From contig NZ_AP012549.1 in assembly GCF_000829235.1 (NCBI RefSeq), forward strand, positions 2,040,001 through 2,072,000: a stretch of DNA of 32,000 nucleotides, written 5' to 3'. The position numbers were made by a program, and so were the translations under genes. Shown piece after piece: positions 29,498-32,000 of this stretch. Below the pieces are notes generated by a model. The model made no database searches and was not told the DNA's origin. It saw nothing but the letters and a program-made list of their open reading frames with translations. This stretch comes from a cyanobacterium endosymbiont of Epithemia turgida isolate EtSB Lake Yunoko (GTDB lineage Bacteria; Cyanobacteriota; Cyanobacteriia; Cyanobacteriales; Microcystaceae). Numbering within the stretch: position 1 is the first letter of the stretch; every line of letters starts with the position of its first letter.

Positions 29498-30169
29498 TTA
29501 CTTTTCCTTGCCATGATTAAAAGGACAATCAGAGGTTAATTTCTGGAGAAAAGTACTATTATCAAAATAATGCTCAACTTCTATAATTTTTAAGTTATCT
29601 GTGACCCTGGCAATACTTAATCCCACAATTTCGATAGTTTGTCCTGTGGGTTGATGATCTTTATATGGACCATTAAATGTTCCCCAGTGTCGCCACTTAA
29701 AAGTAATATTAGGTGGACCTGATAATACTTCGGTTAATTCCCAGAGAAAGCCATTAGGAAAAGCCTTATGAAATAGTTCATAGGAAGATTTAAAAGTTTC
29801 TTCCGTGGCACTATACTTTTCACTATTATTAATAAATAAATTGTAAGTTCCTTCATCAGACACATTTTGGGCTGTATAAAACTGTCCGCCATTGCTACTC
29901 ATCCGAAATTTATCGGTTACGATTGATAGCCATTGTTCAGGATTAATTTTATGGGAGGCTTCCATTTCGAAAGTTCTCACCAAGTTTTCAACAATTGCTT
30001 CTAATGACCCCTCAGGATGATTAAATTCGCTTTCTACTCTGAGAAATTGATCAGTATGGGAATAATCTGGACGTTCGCCGTCGCGCCATTGCACCCCTTC
30101 ATCATTAGCAATCACTTTGTCGCGACTTTGTACCCAAAGTGGTAATTTGGCTGAGTCATCGTAATCCAT
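29498..30169 (-). CDS. SnoaL/NTF2-like protein homologous to the plant 'pathogen-related protein' family
   Basis: 223 aa, with an AGGAGA RBS before ATG 30169. The blocks WRDGERPDYS, VENLVRTFEMEASHK, FKWRHWGTFNGPYKDHQPTGQTIEIVG and VEHYFD parallel my recollection of barley pathogen-related protein (WRHGAPPNYD, LLKTWEMEMVHK, FKFRHWGYMEGPFKGH..). Confidence 0.7.
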   Translation of the reverse strand: MDYDDSAKLPLWVQSRDKVIANDEGVQWRDGERPDYSHTDQFLRVESEFNHPEGSLEAIVENLVRTFEMEASHKINPEQWLSIVTDKFRMSSNGGQFYTAQNVSDEGTYNLFINNSEKYSATEETFKSSYELFHKAFPNGFLWELTEVLSGPPNITFKWRHWGTFNGPYKDHQPTGQTIEIVGLSIARVTDNLKIIEVEHYFDNSTFLQKLTSDCPFNHGKEK

Positions 30170-30612
30170 TTAACTTCTCCTGTCGTCTAATCGTGGACTA
30201 AAAACTCTCCTCTAAGAGGGTATTATAAAGACCATATCGTAATTATTAATTTTAGATTAAGATCTTTGTGTAAAAAAATATGAATTTTTTAACTATTAAA
30301 TCGTACATTAAAATGCTATGTTCTGTAGTTTCAATAATTAATTGAGTGGATTACCTAACGAATTGCAACTGATTTCTTCTCAAAATTGAATCTGTAACTA
30401 ACCTAACTTACCAAATATATTTTTTTTATCACTATAAGAAGGGTAAATCTGTAAAATAAACACATATAGCTTTTGGTAAATGCGTCAGGTTTAAATTTAT
30501 AAAATTCTATGGTTTTCTAGTAATGATTCTTTATGAAAAATCATTACTAACGACTATGAATCGTTACATATAAAATAAAATTTATACATTTGAGTATTTA
30601 TTTCTATCGGTT

Positions 30613-30763
30613 ATGCTCAGTATTCAATTTCCTTGGCTTAGAGTCATCATCTTGATTTCCCTACTGGCAGCTTTCGCTATTCTCTATCATGCCTGATAAA
30701 TGGAGAATTTTCGGTTTAATAGTAAAATTTAATATTTTTCGCTCTTTCAATTCTGTTAGCTGA
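30613..30763 (+). pseudogene. 5' stub of an ndhD-type (NDH-1 subunit 4) gene
   Basis: ATG 30613 gives MLSIQFPWLRVIILISLLAAFAILYHA** (stop 30694-96). The +1 frame from 30689 gives MPDKWRIFGLIV...* (stop 30761-63). Together these mimic the NdhD N-terminus FPWLT.II..P..AA..IP.IPDK...VRWYAL. No further NdhD similarity is seen downstream. Confidence 0.6.
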
Positions 30764-30906
30764 ATTTTTAGGCAGTCTGATATCTAGCACTTGTTTTTTT
30801 AAAAAATTTTTCTACTTTATACTTACTTTAAGCCCAACTACCTGAATCCTACTTAAATACTCAGGTGAAGTTTCAAACCTTTTGATTATAACAATTAATT
30901 AATCTC

Positions 30907-30940
30907 ACAAGCTAAGAACAATACTTAGCTTGTTTTCTGT
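30907..30940 (+). terminator. Terminator-like hairpin in the desert
   Basis: ACAAGCTAAG (30907-16) pairs with CTTAGCTTGT (30924-33), with a 7-nt loop, followed by TTTCTGTTT. Confidence 0.4.
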
Positions 30941-31640
30941 TTAAGCTAACTAAAACTAACACTGTAATTTAAGATAATGCAATTACCTCCATTCTCTGTA
31001 TCTGGAAATTGGCACTGAAAAGGAACCAGAGATATATGATTAAGTACACCAGGGTCAGAAGACAAGTTATTTTCTGCCTGTTTCTGGGTTACAAAATAAC
31101 AGTTACTGTCAAGGCAATACCCGTCCAGAACAATGTTTTACTTCGAGCAGGACACAGTCCAAAAAGTTTCATTGTTTAAGTCTCCTATTGTTTAACCCAC
31201 TTAGAATATTCCCATTTTTTGGTAATAACAGTTACCCCATACTAATTCTATTTGAGATAAAATCTACTGTATCTGAAATTATGTTGAAGAAATCACGGAA
31301 TATTTATTATTTAACAAAGCTTATCCTCCAGAAGCTAGTTTTATTTCTATAGATAATCTTGGTGTCATGACAAAGTAACAGAAAGGTGGATACACAATTC
31401 AAGTAAAGCTTCTAAATATTTTTCTCCATTTTACCCCAAAAAACTCTAGTCAAGATGCCTATAGATTCAATTTAATGATATTAATTTAGTTAATAAACTA
31501 TGAACTTGTAGATTTAAAATACAATCTAAAAAACCAGATATTTTTAGTAGCCAATAATAAAAGATAGATTTGTAAAGTCTTTAAAGACTACAAAAAACTC
31601 ATAAAAAATGGGTAATAAGTAAATTGTTTATAACTTCAAC

Positions 31641-32000
31641 ATGACTATTTTATTAGACTTAGATCTTTCGGAAAAACTACAACAACTCCGCAATAGTTTG
31701 CGCCCTGGACAAAGACAGTTGGCAGATTGGGAAAGGGGAGAAATGGCCATATCCGCAGTTCCTGGAGCAGGTAAATCTCATAGTTTGGCAGTAGCGGCGA
31801 CTATCATGATCGGACGCTATAAATTACACTCTAAAAAACAACTGATTATCGTGACTTATACCCGTTCTGCGGCAGCTGGCATTAAAGTTAAGATTAAAAG
31901 ATGTTTGAAGGAATTACAATTACCTCAAACAGGTTTTGTGGTACAAACTTTACACAGTTTAGCACTTAATATTGCTAGTCGCAATCCTCAGTTGTCTCAG
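31641..32000 (+). CDS. UvrD/REP-type superfamily-1 DNA helicase, N-terminal fragment (runs off the window)
   Basis: ATG 31641 is open to the window end (120 codons). Walker A is AVPGAGKSH, followed by IIVTYTRSAAAGIK and TLHSLA, typical of motifs I, Ia and II-proximal regions of UvrD-like helicases. Confidence 0.8.
   Translation, partial: MTILLDLDLSEKLQQLRNSLRPGQRQLADWERGEMAISAVPGAGKSHSLAVAATIMIGRYKLHSKKQLIIVTYTRSAAAGIKVKIKRCLKELQLPQTGFVVQTLHSLALNIASRNPQLSQ

Noticed and set aside
1-32000. Scanned by eye for HIP1 (GCGATCGC), IS/transposase or integrase ORFs, rRNA, and CRISPR repeats
   Set aside because: None was seen. Absence by eye is not proof, but no ORF in the six-frame track resembles a mobile-element protein.

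Overview
Cyanobacterial chromosomal window, identified from protein motifs only (no searches were run). It carries the NDH-1 operon ndhA-ndhI-ndhG-ndhE, tRNA-Val(UAC) and scattered intact housekeeping genes: yggT, an ABC1 kinase, queA, glmU, a thiO-like oxidase, a DUF92/VTE6-like membrane protein, typA/bipA, a CYTH protein, era and the 5' end of a UvrD-type helicase. A few conserved hypotheticals are also present. Only about half of the 32 kb is intact gene (my sum is ~16.3 kb). The rest is extremely AT-rich, gene-free DNA containing recognisable dead genes: an aldehyde dehydrogenase, a DUF924 gene, an ndhD 5' stub, a TusA-like frame and a homopolymer-frameshifted small ORF. It also holds orphan Shine-Dalgarno+ATG stubs, an orphan terminator and several long perfect palindromes. 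This pattern fits a cyanobacterium undergoing reductive genome evolution (symbiont- or endosymbiont-like); the lineage cannot be resolved without a search. The most system-like accessory element is an intact gene for an HTH-like plus AAA-like (STAND/AAA_35-type) NTPase, isolated in the largest desert. It is divergent from a 51-codon Cys-rich small ORF with a strong RBS. No CRISPR array, transposase, integrase or rRNA was seen.
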